Part shown: piece after piece, positions 14,866 through 25,703 of the stretch | Layout of the letters: the number at the start of each line of letters is the position of its first letter | Numbering within the stretch: position 1 is the first letter of the stretch | Assembly: GCA_041937175.2 (NCBI GenBank) | Contig: CP166615.1 | Coordinates: 3,040,001 to 3,104,000 of the forward strand | Source: Limnothrix sp. BL-A-16 | GTDB taxonomy: Bacteria > Cyanobacteriota > Cyanobacteriia > CACIAM-69d | Direction of reading: 5' to 3' | DNA: 64,000 nt | Made by a program: the position numbers and the translations under genes | Notes under the pieces: generated by a model | Told to the model about the DNA's origin: nothing | What the model saw: the letters and a program-made list of their open reading frames with translations, nothing else | Databases searched by the model: none

Positions 14866-15768
14866 TCAGTGGCGATGGAAACGAATGCCCAAAAACACGT
14901 CATACATGAAATTCCAAAAATTTTTTTGATCTCCCAGAATGCCCAAGGTTTGCGGCGATCCTTTCTGATCCAACAACGGCTTCACCCGTTCATAAACCGT
15001 TTTGTAGTGATACCAGGGAATTGAGGGCCAAAGGTGGTGAATCAGGTGATAGTTTTGCCCCAAAATCAACCAATTCAGCAGAGCACTCGGATAGACCCGC
15101 GCATTTTTCCAGCGATTGCGCTCCTCAAACGGCCGATGAGGCAAATAGTCAAAAAACAGCCCCAGGGCCAACCCCACCACCAACGCGGGCGAGAACCAAA
15201 AATTCATCACATAGCCAATGAAGTCCCAATGGATGCCGGCCCACACAATGCCCACCAGCACCATCCGACTCAGAAACCACTCCAGCAACTCATACTTGCG
15301 CCAGAGCTTGCGTTGGAAGAAGAAAATTTCGTGATAGAAAAACCGGGGTGCAATCAACCAGAGGGGCCCACAGGTGGAAACGAAATGATCGGGGTCATTT
15401 TTGGGGTCGTTGACGTTGGCGTGATGTTGCAGGTGAACCCGCGTGAACACGGGAAAGGCAAACCCCAACATCAGGGCGCTGCTGTGGCCCAAGATGGCGT
15501 TGACGATCGGGTATTTGTGGGCGGCGTTGTGGGATGCGTCATGAATGACGGTTCCCGACAGGTGCATCGCCAGCACATTGGCACAAAAACAAATCCAGTC
15601 CGGCCAGTGCCATAGCCAATAGCCACAGACGGAGAGCACCACAATCGCGGTGGCGGCCACCATCATTAGCAGCGTGGGATTAAACAGTTCCTGGGGTGGG
15701 TCGAGATATTCTCGCGGAACGTGCTGCACTGCGGTCGTGGGCTGCTCGGGGGCCACCGCGATCGTCAT
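14866..15768 (-). CDS. crtR: Beta-carotene hydroxylase
   Basis: His boxes HDASH, HLQHH and HLIHH, with GTVIHDASHNAAH, FTRVHLQHH, DPDH and FFDYLPHRPF typical of cyanobacterial CrtR. Confidence 0.95.
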   Translation of the reverse strand: MTIAVAPEQPTTAVQHVPREYLDPPQELFNPTLLMMVAATAIVVLSVCGYWLWHWPDWICFCANVLAMHLSGTVIHDASHNAAHKYPIVNAILGHSSALMLGFAFPVFTRVHLQHHANVNDPKNDPDHFVSTCGPLWLIAPRFFYHEIFFFQRKLWRKYELLEWFLSRMVLVGIVWAGIHWDFIGYVMNFWFSPALVVGLALGLFFDYLPHRPFEERNRWKNARVYPSALLNWLILGQNYHLIHHLWPSIPWYHYKTVYERVKPLLDQKGSPQTLGILGDQKNFWNFMYDVFLGIRFHRH

Positions 15769-16085
15769 GGTCGCTCCTTGGCTGAGAAACGTTATGGTTT
15801 GTTAAAAATACTTCTAAGAATGATACGGCAACAACCCGCAATCCTTTTTAACCAATTGTTGTATTTCTCTAAAGTCTTGTCTTTCAAGCCTGCAAAGTCC
15901 GGCAAGTTCTGGCCAACCGGTGCAGAGCGATGCTGATTGATCCGATTGCTCATCATGGGCCAAATCCATGAGGGCGCAGAGGACGCGCAACCGCACGCCC
16001 CTGATCAATTAACACTGAAGGCATTGACTGAGAAGGGCAGAAAAGAACCCGAGTCGTGATCGATAAGCCGTGATCTTACATTTCC

Positions 16086-17093
16086 CTAATCAGGAAGGCG
16101 CACCTCATTGGCGATCGGTTGGTGTTGCTCAAAGGCGGTGAGGTTTTCAATGGTGGTGCGAGCAATGTCCCCCAAGGCTTCGCGGGTAAAGAAGGCTTGG
16201 TGAGCGGTGATGATCACGTTTGGGAACGATTGCAGCAACTGGAAGGTATCGTCCTGAATCACGGTGTCGGACAGGTCACGAAAGAAGAGTTCGGCCTCTT
16301 GTTCATAAACATCAATGCCCAGATAGCCAATTTGACCCGATTTGATGCCTTCGATCGCGGCTTTGGTGTCCACTAGTTGGCCGCGACTGGTGTTGATTAG
16401 CATTACGCCGGGCTTCATCTGATTGATCGCCTGTTTGCTAATCAGATGGTGTGTGTCGTGGGTCAGAGGGCAATGGAGGGAAATGATATCTGATTGGGAA
16501 AACAGTTCCGGTAAGGAGACATAGCGGGCTGTCCCGATCGTTTCAAAGTGGGTGTTGGGGTAGACATCATAGCCCAGCACTTTGCAGCCAAATCCGGTCA
16601 TGATCTGAGCCAAAATCACGCCAATTTTCCCGGTTCCCACAATCCCGACCGTTCGGCCATGAAGATCAAAGCCCAACAGGCCATTGAGGGAAAAATTATC
16701 GTCCCGCACACGGTTATAGGCTCGGTGTAGCTTGCGGTTGAGCGCTTGGATTAAGCCCACCACATGCTCGGCGACGGAGTAGGGAGAATAGACCGCGACA
16801 CGAGCAACGGTGAGGCCGCAGTCTTGGGCGGCACGCAGATCAACGTTGTTGTAGCCCGTGCAGCGAAGGGTGATCAGTTGTGTGCCGTTGTCGGCCAGAA
16901 GTTTGAGGGTTTCGGGCCCTCCGTCATCATTCACGAAAATGCAGGCGGCGGGAAATCCAGCGGCGAGGGCGGCGGTGTGGGCTTCGAGGCGAGTATCAAA
17001 GTAAACCAGTTCGTGGGGATGACCGGCGTTGGCGTTGGCGGCATCCAAAAATTGGCGATCGTAGGGTTCCGTGCTGAAAACGGCAACTTTCAT
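16086..17093 (-). CDS. ldhA: D-lactate dehydrogenase (2-hydroxyacid dehydrogenase)
   Basis: MKVAVFST, LRCTGYNNVD, GIVGTGKIG, SLHCPL, INTSRG, DVYEQE and HQAFFTREAL motifs. Confidence 0.9.
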   Translation of the reverse strand: MKVAVFSTEPYDRQFLDAANANAGHPHELVYFDTRLEAHTAALAAGFPAACIFVNDDGGPETLKLLADNGTQLITLRCTGYNNVDLRAAQDCGLTVARVAVYSPYSVAEHVVGLIQALNRKLHRAYNRVRDDNFSLNGLLGFDLHGRTVGIVGTGKIGVILAQIMTGFGCKVLGYDVYPNTHFETIGTARYVSLPELFSQSDIISLHCPLTHDTHHLISKQAINQMKPGVMLINTSRGQLVDTKAAIEGIKSGQIGYLGIDVYEQEAELFFRDLSDTVIQDDTFQLLQSFPNVIITAHQAFFTREALGDIARTTIENLTAFEQHQPIANEVRLPD

Positions 17094-17243
17094 AGATTTC
17101 CCCAAACTCTAAACGTCCCAAAACCCTTGAATCGGGCCTGTGGGCATGATGCCACGGAAATTTTGGGGATGGGCCGATCGCGCCGATGGCCTGCGATCGG
17201 CCCTGGTCCACTCCAGTCCCAGCCAGCAACCGAAATCGATCGC

Positions 17244-17627
17244 CTAGGACGGCTTGAGGGCAGTCACTTGGATTTCAATTTTCATAGCCGGGTCAGCCAA
17301 CCCCGCTGAGATCATCGTGCAAGCGGGGCGCACCTCCCCGAAATACTGCTTCAGCACGGGCCAACATTGGGGAAAATCCGCCGCATCCGGCAGGATGTAG
17401 GTGACGCGCACCACATCTTTCAACGAGGATTCGGCTTGCTGGAGAGCGGCTTCGATGTTTTTGAGGCACTGCTCGGTTTGCTCGGCCACGCTGTCGGAAA
17501 TCGTCATGGTGTCATAGTTGAAGCCCGTCGTGCCCGACACGAAGACCCAGGGATCCTGGCGCACGGCGCGGCTATAGCCGATTTCTGCTTCAAAGGACGA
17601 GCCGGAGCTAATCAGTTGTCGAGCCAT
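17244..17627 (-). CDS. RidA/YjgF family protein
   Basis: GYSRAVR, VFVSGTTG, DVVRV, RPACT and KIEIQVTA motifs. Confidence 0.85.
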   Translation of the reverse strand: MARQLISSGSSFEAEIGYSRAVRQDPWVFVSGTTGFNYDTMTISDSVAEQTEQCLKNIEAALQQAESSLKDVVRVTYILPDAADFPQCWPVLKQYFGEVRPACTMISAGLADPAMKIEIQVTALKPS

Positions 17628-17680
17628 CTCGAAACATCCCTAGGAAATGATTTTTGAACCATGGGATAGGATAACCGACG

Positions 17681-18901
17681 CTAGCGGGGCCGACTGTTGA
17701 CATACTCCCTTAACTTCTGGGCATCAGCAGAGTTGGGCCAGCGCTGAAGAACGATGTCTAGCTGGGCCCTGGCCTCGGCCCAACGATCTGACCAAACCAG
17801 GGCTTCGGCAATGCCCACTTCAGCCCGTTCCCGATCGGGATGGTCGGGCGGCAGTTGGGCCAGGGCAGCGCGGAAGGAGTCGATCGCCCGTTGCTGTTGG
17901 CCCCAAGTGAGATAATTTTTCCCCAGCTTCAGGTAAAAACCCGGCCCCTGGGGAGCGAGGGCCAGGGCCCGTTGATAGGCGCGATCGGCCTCGGCCGAGT
18001 CTCCTCGGGATTGGTATAAATCCCCCATCAGGTCTTCGACGATTGCCGCTTTGTCCGCTTCTCCCCAGGAATCGAGACCCGTGTGGGCATCCACCACCTG
18101 CCGCAGGGCCGCCCGGGCCGCCGTTGGTTGATAGCGAATGGTGAGCAACGCGCCTAGGCGATAATGACCCCAAACCAAGTCCGGCTCTAATTTTAGGGCA
18201 GTTTGATAGGCTCGGATTGCACCTTCATAGTCCATCTGTCGCTCCAGAACCATGCCTAGCCCCAGGTGGGCCTGGGCAAAGTTGGGCCGCAGTTGCAGGG
18301 CGGTGCGATAGGCCTGAAGGGCGGCGGTTATTTGCCCAAGGCGATAGGAGTCGTAGGCTAGCTCAAACTGGGCACTGGCTGCGATCGAGGGTTCCGCTCG
18401 GGTGGGGCCACTGTAGCCATTGCCCCGCAATCCAGAATCTGTGACCGGTTCCCCGAGGGGCGAAACCTGCCGTTCCAGGAATAAATCCAAGAAGCCATAG
18501 ATCGGATCTCGCTCGATCGCTTGGTGGTAGTAATCCAAGGCGGCGGCGGGCTGTTCAGCCATCAGATGGGCCCGGGCGAGTTTGAACAGGGCGATCGTGA
18601 CGGACATCTCGGCACTTTCTCCCAAGGCGCGGTAACCCGCCAAGGCTGTTTGATACCACTCGATCGCGGTTTCAGGATGCTGGGTGCAAAGCTGCCAATC
18701 ACCCAGATTTTCGGCGGCTTCGGGAGGGAGGGTTTTGCTGCGATCGGGAGCCGGTTGCAGGTTTTGGCAATCAATCAAAACGGGCAAAACCGGTGGTTCG
18801 AGCGTTGGCGAAGGCATGGCCCGGGCGATCGGCTGGCCAGGGGCCGTCATCCCTAGCCACAGTCCCCACCCCGCTAGGCTGATTTTGATCGATCGCAGCA
18901 T
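17681..18901 (-). CDS. Tetratricopeptide repeat protein (possible signal peptide)
   Basis: Repeated ~34-aa units such as A...LG..L...YEGAIRAYQTALKLEP. Confidence 0.8.
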   Translation of the reverse strand: MLRSIKISLAGWGLWLGMTAPGQPIARAMPSPTLEPPVLPVLIDCQNLQPAPDRSKTLPPEAAENLGDWQLCTQHPETAIEWYQTALAGYRALGESAEMSVTIALFKLARAHLMAEQPAAALDYYHQAIERDPIYGFLDLFLERQVSPLGEPVTDSGLRGNGYSGPTRAEPSIAASAQFELAYDSYRLGQITAALQAYRTALQLRPNFAQAHLGLGMVLERQMDYEGAIRAYQTALKLEPDLVWGHYRLGALLTIRYQPTAARAALRQVVDAHTGLDSWGEADKAAIVEDLMGDLYQSRGDSAEADRAYQRALALAPQGPGFYLKLGKNYLTWGQQQRAIDSFRAALAQLPPDHPDRERAEVGIAEALVWSDRWAEARAQLDIVLQRWPNSADAQKLREYVNSRPR

Positions 18902-18926
18902 AGATGTTTGCTCCCTCTCCTGTGCT

Positions 18927-19664
18927 TTAGGGGTCGATCATTTCGGGATCTAGCCCCAATTCTCGCAGTCGGGCCGCGAGGCGATCGCCTCGCTCCCGTT
19001 CCTGTTCGGCCTGCTGCTGGGCTTGCTCGGCCCGTTGGCGCTCCTGTGCGGCTTGTTGCTCGGCTTGTTCAGCCCGTTGGCGTTCTTCCAACAGGGTTGA
19101 AAACGGCTGGCCATCGGGCCACAACAGCGTCAGGGTTTCCTCATCCCACTGGAAGCGAATGCCCAGCCGGGGACTGACCCAATCATGGGGATCGTCAACT
19201 GGCTCAAAACTCCCCTCCGCCCCCCGCATCAAGATGCTCAGGTCGTTGCGATCGGGGTCATAGATGTAATATTCCTCCACGCCGTAGCGGTGATAGAACA
19301 TCTGCTTTTTCATCATTTCGGTTAGGCGATTCCCCGGCGACAAAATTTCAAACACCACTTGCGGGGCGATGTTGTTTTCGCGCCATTGCATATAGGAACC
19401 CCGATCGCCCTTGGGTGCGCCAAATACCACCATCACATCGGGCGCTTGGCGAGTTTTGTTGTCGCCCTCGACGGGATACCAAAGTAAGTCGCCCGCGACG
19501 AAGACTTGGGGGTCGTTGGCGAAGAGCGCTGCCAGGTTGCTGTGGATCGTTTGAATCCAAAGGAACTGTTTGGTGTTGTCTGCCATCGGCTGACCGTCGC
19601 TGTCGGGATAGTCGATCGGTTTCGGCTGGATTATTCCCGGTGCGCTGGGGGTTTGGGCAATCAT
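18927..19664 (-). CDS. Uma2 (DUF820) family endonuclease-like protein
   Basis: YPDSDGQPMADNT, APDV, VFEILSP and GVEEYYIYDP motifs, with a C-terminal ERQRAEQ coiled-coil tail. Confidence 0.9.
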   Translation of the reverse strand: MIAQTPSAPGIIQPKPIDYPDSDGQPMADNTKQFLWIQTIHSNLAALFANDPQVFVAGDLLWYPVEGDNKTRQAPDVMVVFGAPKGDRGSYMQWRENNIAPQVVFEILSPGNRLTEMMKKQMFYHRYGVEEYYIYDPDRNDLSILMRGAEGSFEPVDDPHDWVSPRLGIRFQWDEETLTLLWPDGQPFSTLLEERQRAEQAEQQAAQERQRAEQAQQQAEQERERGDRLAARLRELGLDPEMIDP

Positions 19665-19753
19665 CGGTGGTTCCTCACGATCGCAATTGCTCCCATTATG
19701 GCAAGGGGCGATCGGCCGGGTCGGAATGGCCTGCGATCGCCCCTTGGATGGTG

Positions 19754-21997
19754 CTAAATGGTTCCGAAATCCGCCGGGTCAAACACCGCCGGACTCACCC
19801 CCTGCACAAAGGCCAACACCTCACTGCCAAAGCGAATTTCTGCCCCACCGCTGACCGTGGCAAAACTCAGGCCCCCAAAGGCCAAGGGAGCCGCCAGCAA
19901 AATTCTGTCCGTGCCGTCTTGGTAATCAGTAATCGTTTCCGTGCCCTTGCCGGAACCAATGATGAATCGATCGGATCCTGCGCCCCCCGTGAGGAGATCG
20001 TTGCCCAAATCGCCCGAGAGCAAATCGGCCCCGTCACCACCCACCAGGGTGTCATTGTCTTGCCCCCCAAAGAGGGAATCATCGCCCAAATCGCCCGAGA
20101 GCAAGTCTGCGCCGATGTTGCCAAAGAGGCTGTCGTTGTTTTGGCCGCCAAACAGGCTATCCGCATCACGGCCACCATACAGCTCGTCGTCACCGATGTT
20201 GCCAAAAAGCTGGTCGTTGCCCAGGTTGCCAAAGATTCGATCTCGATCGCGCCCGCCAAACAGGAAATCCGCGCCATCGCCGCCCAACAGGCTGTCATCA
20301 CCCGCGTTCCCAAACAGGCTGTCATTGCCCGCATTCCCGAAAATATTGTCACTCCCGCTGAGGGCCACCACCCGATCGTTCCCGGCCAGGGCATCGGCAG
20401 AATCGGCATTATCCGTCAAGTTCACGTCATCATTGCCAGCGGTGAACTGACCAGTGGGCGGCGGAGTTGTACCACCGCCACCCACGCCAAATTCCGTGGA
20501 GCCAATGTCGATCGCCCCATCGCGCGGCACACTGCGCTGATCCGTCGTCACGCCGGCCACGGCTTTTCCGGCATTAATGGCCGGGCTGCCCGCTTGCAGT
20601 AAATAGCCCAATTGCCCACCGCCAATGTCTTGCAGGGGCCCCAACTTGGGATCGACCACGATCGCGCTGCCGGTGATTTGTGGATCCTTGCCCCCGGGCA
20701 ACGAGGCCGGAAATTGCAGGTTATTGCCCCCATCGGTCAGGGTGCGGTTGGTTTGGAACGATTCACTAAAACTGTTGCCGGCCCGATTGTTCACAAACAA
20801 ACTGTTCGTGACTTCCACCGAAGACGCATCGTTTTTGAAAATGCCGCCGCCAAAGCCGCTGGCGGTGTTGTTGGCCAAGGTGACATTAATCAGCTTGTTC
20901 GCCTGATTGTTGGCAAAGAAAATGCCGCCGCCAATCCCCCGCAGCGGATCGGGATTCACCGCTTTGTTATTCCCGATCGTGGTGTTGATGATTTGCACCG
21001 AAGCATCTTCGGCAATCCAAACCCCGCCGCCTTGGGTTTCAGCATTGTTATTGGCGATCGTGCTGTTGCGAATGATCGAATCGCCCACGGCCAAGCGCAC
21101 ACCGCCCCCCAATCCATTTCCACCTGGATCGGCCACCACGGTGTTGTCAACAATGATTGAATTCTCAATCAGCGCCCTGTCCGGTCGGTAGGGATAGAGC
21201 GACAGCGCCCCCCCTTGGGCAGCAGCTCGGTTCGCCGAAAAGTAGCTGCTCCGAATGATCATCTGACCGCCCACCCCGTCGCCAAATTTGCTGGCCGCGT
21301 CAGCGTAGATGGCCCCACCTTGGCCCCAAAAGGCCGCGCCGCCTTTGCTGGAATCGTTGCCCACAAACCGGCTGTTCTCCACCAGCAGTTCGGTTTGGAT
21401 TGTCCCGATCGCCCCTCCGTTGGTTCCTTTGTTGTTGGTGAATTCGCTGTTGCGCACCACCAGCGTTGTTTCGGCCCAGCTTTGTACTGCACCGGCCCCA
21501 AACTCCACGATCGAGCCGCTATTTTTTTGGCTGGCCCGGTTGTTGTCAAAGCGGCTGTTGGTGATTGTGCCCTTGCCTTGAAACTCCAAGGACACCGCAC
21601 CGCCGGAGAAATTCTCCGCCTCGTTGTTGCGGAAGGTGACGTTATCGATCGTCAGGTTGACGCGAATGTCAGTGCCAATCCCCGCACCGGAAGTGCTGAC
21701 GTTGGTGGCTCCTCGGGTGCGCCCATCGGCCACGGTCAGGTTGCGAAACGTGGCGGAACCGCCCTGCTTACTGACATAAAACACCCGGCTACTTTCATTG
21801 CCGCTAATCACCAACCCTGGCGCATTGGCTCCATCGATGATGATGTCTCGATCGACCAACAGTTGGCCACCAGTGAGGCGAATGGTTTGGTTGGCCAAAT
21901 TGGGGGCGAAGGTGATGGTGTCGCCATTGGGGGCCGCCGCCAGGGCCGCACGCAAGGAGCCGGGGCCGCTATCGGCCAGGGAGGTAACGAGTGTCAT
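19754..21997 (-). CDS. Secreted beta-helix (polymorphic-membrane-protein-like GGA repeats, choice-of-anchor-Q-like) protein with RTX Ca-binding repeats
   Basis: DSGPGSLRAAL N-terminus, F.NN.A...GGA repeats, DPKLGPLQD...GSPAINAG...DQR...DIG, then nonapeptide GNAGDDSLF/GGQDNDTL repeats. Start is ATG 21997 (or GTG 22075). Confidence 0.8.
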   Translation of the reverse strand: MTLVTSLADSGPGSLRAALAAAPNGDTITFAPNLANQTIRLTGGQLLVDRDIIIDGANAPGLVISGNESSRVFYVSKQGGSATFRNLTVADGRTRGATNVSTSGAGIGTDIRVNLTIDNVTFRNNEAENFSGGAVSLEFQGKGTITNSRFDNNRASQKNSGSIVEFGAGAVQSWAETTLVVRNSEFTNNKGTNGGAIGTIQTELLVENSRFVGNDSSKGGAAFWGQGGAIYADAASKFGDGVGGQMIIRSSYFSANRAAAQGGALSLYPYRPDRALIENSIIVDNTVVADPGGNGLGGGVRLAVGDSIIRNSTIANNNAETQGGGVWIAEDASVQIINTTIGNNKAVNPDPLRGIGGGIFFANNQANKLINVTLANNTASGFGGGIFKNDASSVEVTNSLFVNNRAGNSFSESFQTNRTLTDGGNNLQFPASLPGGKDPQITGSAIVVDPKLGPLQDIGGGQLGYLLQAGSPAINAGKAVAGVTTDQRSVPRDGAIDIGSTEFGVGGGGTTPPPTGQFTAGNDDVNLTDNADSADALAGNDRVVALSGSDNIFGNAGNDSLFGNAGDDSLLGGDGADFLFGGRDRDRIFGNLGNDQLFGNIGDDELYGGRDADSLFGGQNNDSLFGNIGADLLSGDLGDDSLFGGQDNDTLVGGDGADLLSGDLGNDLLTGGAGSDRFIIGSGKGTETITDYQDGTDRILLAAPLAFGGLSFATVSGGAEIRFGSEVLAFVQGVSPAVFDPADFGTI

Positions 21998-22161
21998 AGA
22001 TTTCCAGGAGAGACTTGTTGAGGCCTGTTTTAGCAGACGCAACTTCCTGAATTCGAGTGCCGCCCCCTGTGCCACTTACCTCATAAGCACCCTGGATTTG
22101 AAAAACCGAATCTAAAAAGCCAAATCTAAAAAGCCCAAACCGATTTCTCCAAAACCGGTTC

Positions 22162-22474
22162 CTCAGTCATCTCATTGCTCAACCAATGCCAAATCAACAA
22201 AGACAAAAAGCTTTATCAATCAACAAAGACAAGGGGCTTAAGCCCCTTGCCCCATAACAACTGGTGCTCAGTCATCTCATTGCTCAACCAATCCCAAATC
22301 AACAAAGACAAAAAGCTTTATCAATCAACCAAGACAAGGGGCTTAAGCCCCTTGCCCCATAACAACTGGTGCTCAGTCATCTCATTGCTCGACATCAGAG
22401 ATCAACAAAGACAAAAAGCTTTATCAATCAACCAAGACAAGGGGCTTAAGCCCCTTGCCCCAGAGTCACTGGTG
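22162..22474. repeat. Tandem array of three ~105 bp units, each with the CAAGGGGCTTAAGCCCCTTG palindrome
   Basis: Units start with CTCAGTCATCTCATTGCTC at 22162, 22267 and 22372. Palindromes at 22230-22249, 22335-22354 and 22438-22457. Confidence 0.92.
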
Positions 22475-22511
22475 CTTGGTAAGTGCCTGGAAATACGTTT
22501 CAGAAATTCGC

Positions 22512-23495
22512 TTAGCCCTTCAGCCAGCGAGCCACATCCTTGGCGTGGTAAGTCAGAATCAAATCTGCGCCCGATCGCTTAAAACTGGTCATGGTTTCCA
22601 TCACCACCCGCTGCTCATCAATCCAACCGTTGAGGGCCGCCGCCTTCACCATCGAATATTCACCGGAAACGTTATAGGCCGCCACAGGCAAATTGCTAGC
22701 CTCCTTCACGCGCCAAATGATGTCCATGTAGGCCAGGGCCGGCTTCACCATCAACATGTCCGCCCCTTCAGCCATGTCCAGGGCAATTTCCTTGATAGCT
22801 TCCCGACCATTGGCCGGATCCATTTGATAGGTGCGGCGATCGCCAAATTGTGGGGTTGATTCAGCCGCATCCCGGAACGGCCCATAGTAGGCCGAGGCAT
22901 ATTTGGCCGCGTAGGAAAGGATCGGAATATCTTGAAACTTGGCCGCATCCAAGGCTTCCCGAATGGATTTCACAAACCCATCCATCATCCCCGAAGGTGC
23001 AATGATATCGGCTCCGGCATTGGCTTGGGAAATAGCGGTTTTCTTCAACAATTCCAAGGTGGGATCATTCAACACTCGCCCACTGAGATCGCCCGTTTCC
23101 AAATAACCACAGTGCCCATGGCTGGTGTATTCGCACAGGCAAGTATCCACCGCCACCACCAAATCGGGCACGGCTTTTTTAACGGCTTCCGTTGCCTTTT
23201 GGACAATGCCGCAATCATGCCAAGCACCGGTTGCATCGGTGTCTTTGTCGGCGGGAATTCCAAACAGAATGATAGCGGGAATTCCCAGGTCATAAACCTG
23301 TTTGGCTTCTTCAACAATTTTATCGATCGAGAGTTGATAAACACCCGGCATCGACTTCACTTCGTTCGCCACCCCTTCACCCGGCACAGCAAACAACGGG
23401 TAGATCAAATCGTTGGTGGTGACGACGGTTTCCGCAACCATGCGGCGCAGGGTTTCGCTAGTCCGCAAACGACGAGGGCGATGGGTGGGGAACAT
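22512..23495 (-). CDS. hemB: Porphobilinogen synthase (ALA dehydratase)
   Basis: [43 protein letters not shown] and VSGEYSM motifs. Confidence 0.98.
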   Translation of the reverse strand: MFPTHRPRRLRTSETLRRMVAETVVTTNDLIYPLFAVPGEGVANEVKSMPGVYQLSIDKIVEEAKQVYDLGIPAIILFGIPADKDTDATGAWHDCGIVQKATEAVKKAVPDLVVAVDTCLCEYTSHGHCGYLETGDLSGRVLNDPTLELLKKTAISQANAGADIIAPSGMMDGFVKSIREALDAAKFQDIPILSYAAKYASAYYGPFRDAAESTPQFGDRRTYQMDPANGREAIKEIALDMAEGADMLMVKPALAYMDIIWRVKEASNLPVAAYNVSGEYSMVKAAALNGWIDEQRVVMETMTSFKRSGADLILTYHAKDVARWLKG

Positions 23496-24104
23496 AGGGT
23501 GTTAAAGGATTGAGTCTCAAAAACAGGGAGGCCGATCGGCGTTTTTAGCGTAAAGCCTGAGGGGGCAATGGAGATGAGGGCGTAAAGATACGTAAAGTTT
23601 GATCAGGAAAAATTTGTTCAGGATTTGCCCGGGATTTGCTCGGGATTTGCTCGGGATTTGCTCGAGATTAGTTTTGGGCAGCTTGCCCTCCCCGATCGCC
23701 CCCTGGATCAGCGGGGGAACCCAGTGGCACTAATCGTCGAAAATGAGTGCAAATAAACATTACAAGCCGTCGAGACCTGAGGATGCTGTCCCCAAAAGCC
23801 GATAGAACTAAGGTATCGATCGAGTTGCCATTGGATATCGATCGACCAGCGATCGGGAAGTAGCCAGCAGCAGTAACCCGATCCCAATCACGTCAAGGCT
23901 GCCCATGGAACCGCCCATCAACTGCCCATCTAAACAATCGCAGTCATCGCGGTTTTCTTGTGGCCCTGTTTTGACCTTGTTTTGGTTTCCTGATGGTTTT
24001 GTTGTGGCGTAGTTGCTAATACAAGTTGATTGACCCTGTAATTGAAACTCGGTTGAGACGGCCGCCGCGCATCGTCGCCCGCATCGACCGGTCAGGAGGT
24101 GTTT

Positions 24105-24557
24105 ATGCGATGGCAACTTGGGCAATGGCAGTTTGAGCCTTGGCGCACCAATCCGCCCCAGCCGGATCAATCCGATTGGCTGGCAACCCTGGCCCACTGG
24201 TCAGTGTTCCTGGGCTGCGGTTTGGGCATGGTGACCCTGGCCCCGATCGGGGTCGATCGAGCAGTGTTGTTAGAGTTGGCCTGCTGCGGCTTGGCGATCG
24301 CAATTATGGTGGCGGCTCCTGACCCCCACGCCCAGGCCAACGCCCGATCGGCCGTGAATTTTCACCTCAACGTTTTGGTAGCGGCCGCCCTTTGCAGCGC
24401 CCTGGTGGGAATTCCGTTCCTGATTGCCCTCACGATTAAGGCGCTGGTGTCGCCCCTGTTGGCAGCCGCCCGCGTGGCCGAGGAACCCGGCTATATCCAT
24501 CACTACGATTTCCTGTGGCAATGGCTGAACCCCGATCGCGATCGGGTGGGGATTTAG
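24105..24557 (+). CDS. DUF4870-like membrane protein
   Basis: LAHWS...ANARSAVNFHL...LVGIP...YHYDF pattern; AGGAGG RBS before ATG 24105. Confidence 0.65.
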   Translation: MRWQLGQWQFEPWRTNPPQPDQSDWLATLAHWSVFLGCGLGMVTLAPIGVDRAVLLELACCGLAIAIMVAAPDPHAQANARSAVNFHLNVLVAAALCSALVGIPFLIALTIKALVSPLLAAARVAEEPGYIHHYDFLWQWLNPDRDRVGI

Positions 24558-24703
24558 TGGAAATTTAATCGAACTAGGCACTCCACGAACCAGCATCAAT
24601 CAAACCAGCACTCATCCCCAAGCGAATGTCCATGGACGACAGGCCCTAAGCTGGATGGGTCGAAATTTATTGCGCTTCAGGAATTATTGCGCTTCAGAAA
24701 TCC

Positions 24704-25426
24704 ATGACCGCTCTACAAAAGCTTTACGAAGGCAAAGCCAAAATCTTGTACGCCACGGCGGATCCCACCCTTCTGCTGGCCTGTTACAAGGACGATGCCA
24801 CGGCGTTCAATGCCCAAAAACGCGGGACGATCGCAGGCAAGGGGCGCATTAACTGCACCATGTCGGAACACCTTTTTCGCAAGCTGGAAGCGGCAGGCGT
24901 GCCGACCCACTTTGTGGACTGCCCCGCTCCCAACGAGATGCATGTGCGGGCCCTGACCATCGTGCCCCTGGAAGTGATTGTGCGGAACTTTGCCGCTGGC
25001 AGTCTTTGCAAGCAAACGGGCATTGCCCTGGGCACACCACTGGAACCCCCGTTAATTGAGTTCTGCTACAAGAATGATGAATTTGGGGATCCGTTGGTGA
25101 CGGAGGGCCGGATCTACGCCATGAAGTTGGCCACGCCGGCTCAGGTGCGAGAAATTACGGAGCTGACCCAACGGATTAACGAAATTCTGCGCGACTTTTT
25201 CCAGCAGTGCGACATTATCTTGGTGGACTTCAAGATCGAGTTCGGCATCGACTCCGGTGGGCGAATTGTATTGGGGGATGAGATTAGCCCGGATACCTGT
25301 CGCCTATGGGATGCCAAGGAGACCGACCCGATCGCCCGAGTGTTGGATAAGGATCGCTTCCGCCAGGATTTAGGGAATGTGGAAGGGGCTTATCAGCGAG
25401 TCCTGGAAAAGGTTTTGGCGAATTAG
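24704..25426 (+). CDS. purC: SAICAR synthetase
   Basis: LYEGKAK, KDDATAFN, EVIVRN, LVDFKIEFG, DEISPDTCRLWD and LDKDRFR motifs. Confidence 0.97.
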   Translation: MTALQKLYEGKAKILYATADPTLLLACYKDDATAFNAQKRGTIAGKGRINCTMSEHLFRKLEAAGVPTHFVDCPAPNEMHVRALTIVPLEVIVRNFAAGSLCKQTGIALGTPLEPPLIEFCYKNDEFGDPLVTEGRIYAMKLATPAQVREITELTQRINEILRDFFQQCDIILVDFKIEFGIDSGGRIVLGDEISPDTCRLWDAKETDPIARVLDKDRFRQDLGNVEGAYQRVLEKVLAN

Positions 25427-25703
25427 AGATCCCCTGGTCACTCTCAAGCGACGAACTCCTGCGGTAGGATTGCACTGTTTTGGTTGTTGGTTGGGTTGTC
25501 GGTTAGCGAACCGAATTCAGATGGAGTGAGATGGCTCCCGGTGGCGCGTGGTCGATTGCAATCCTCGATCGATGTCCGACCCCTAAATTCGGAGCAACGG
25601 CGCAACAGCGAGCCTCAAACCCATCTCAATGGCTAAATTGGACGCTAACCCGTTGTTTCCACCGCCACATCGAAAGTTGGCTGCGTCCTAAGGTGAGGAG
25701 TGT

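Noticed and set aside
18927..19664. Uma2 protein as a defence system
   Set aside because: Solitary Uma2/DUF820 paralogs are very common in cyanobacteria and there are no partner genes here.
19415..22021. Long plus-strand ORFs (395, 268 and 182 aa)
   Set aside because: Antisense shadows of the RTX and Uma2 genes.
22162..22474. Possible CRISPR array, or a 135-aa repeat protein (22175-22582)
   Set aside because: The sequences between palindromes are near-identical rather than unique spacers, and no cas genes are present. The ORF only reflects the 105-bp (35-codon) period and overlaps hemB.
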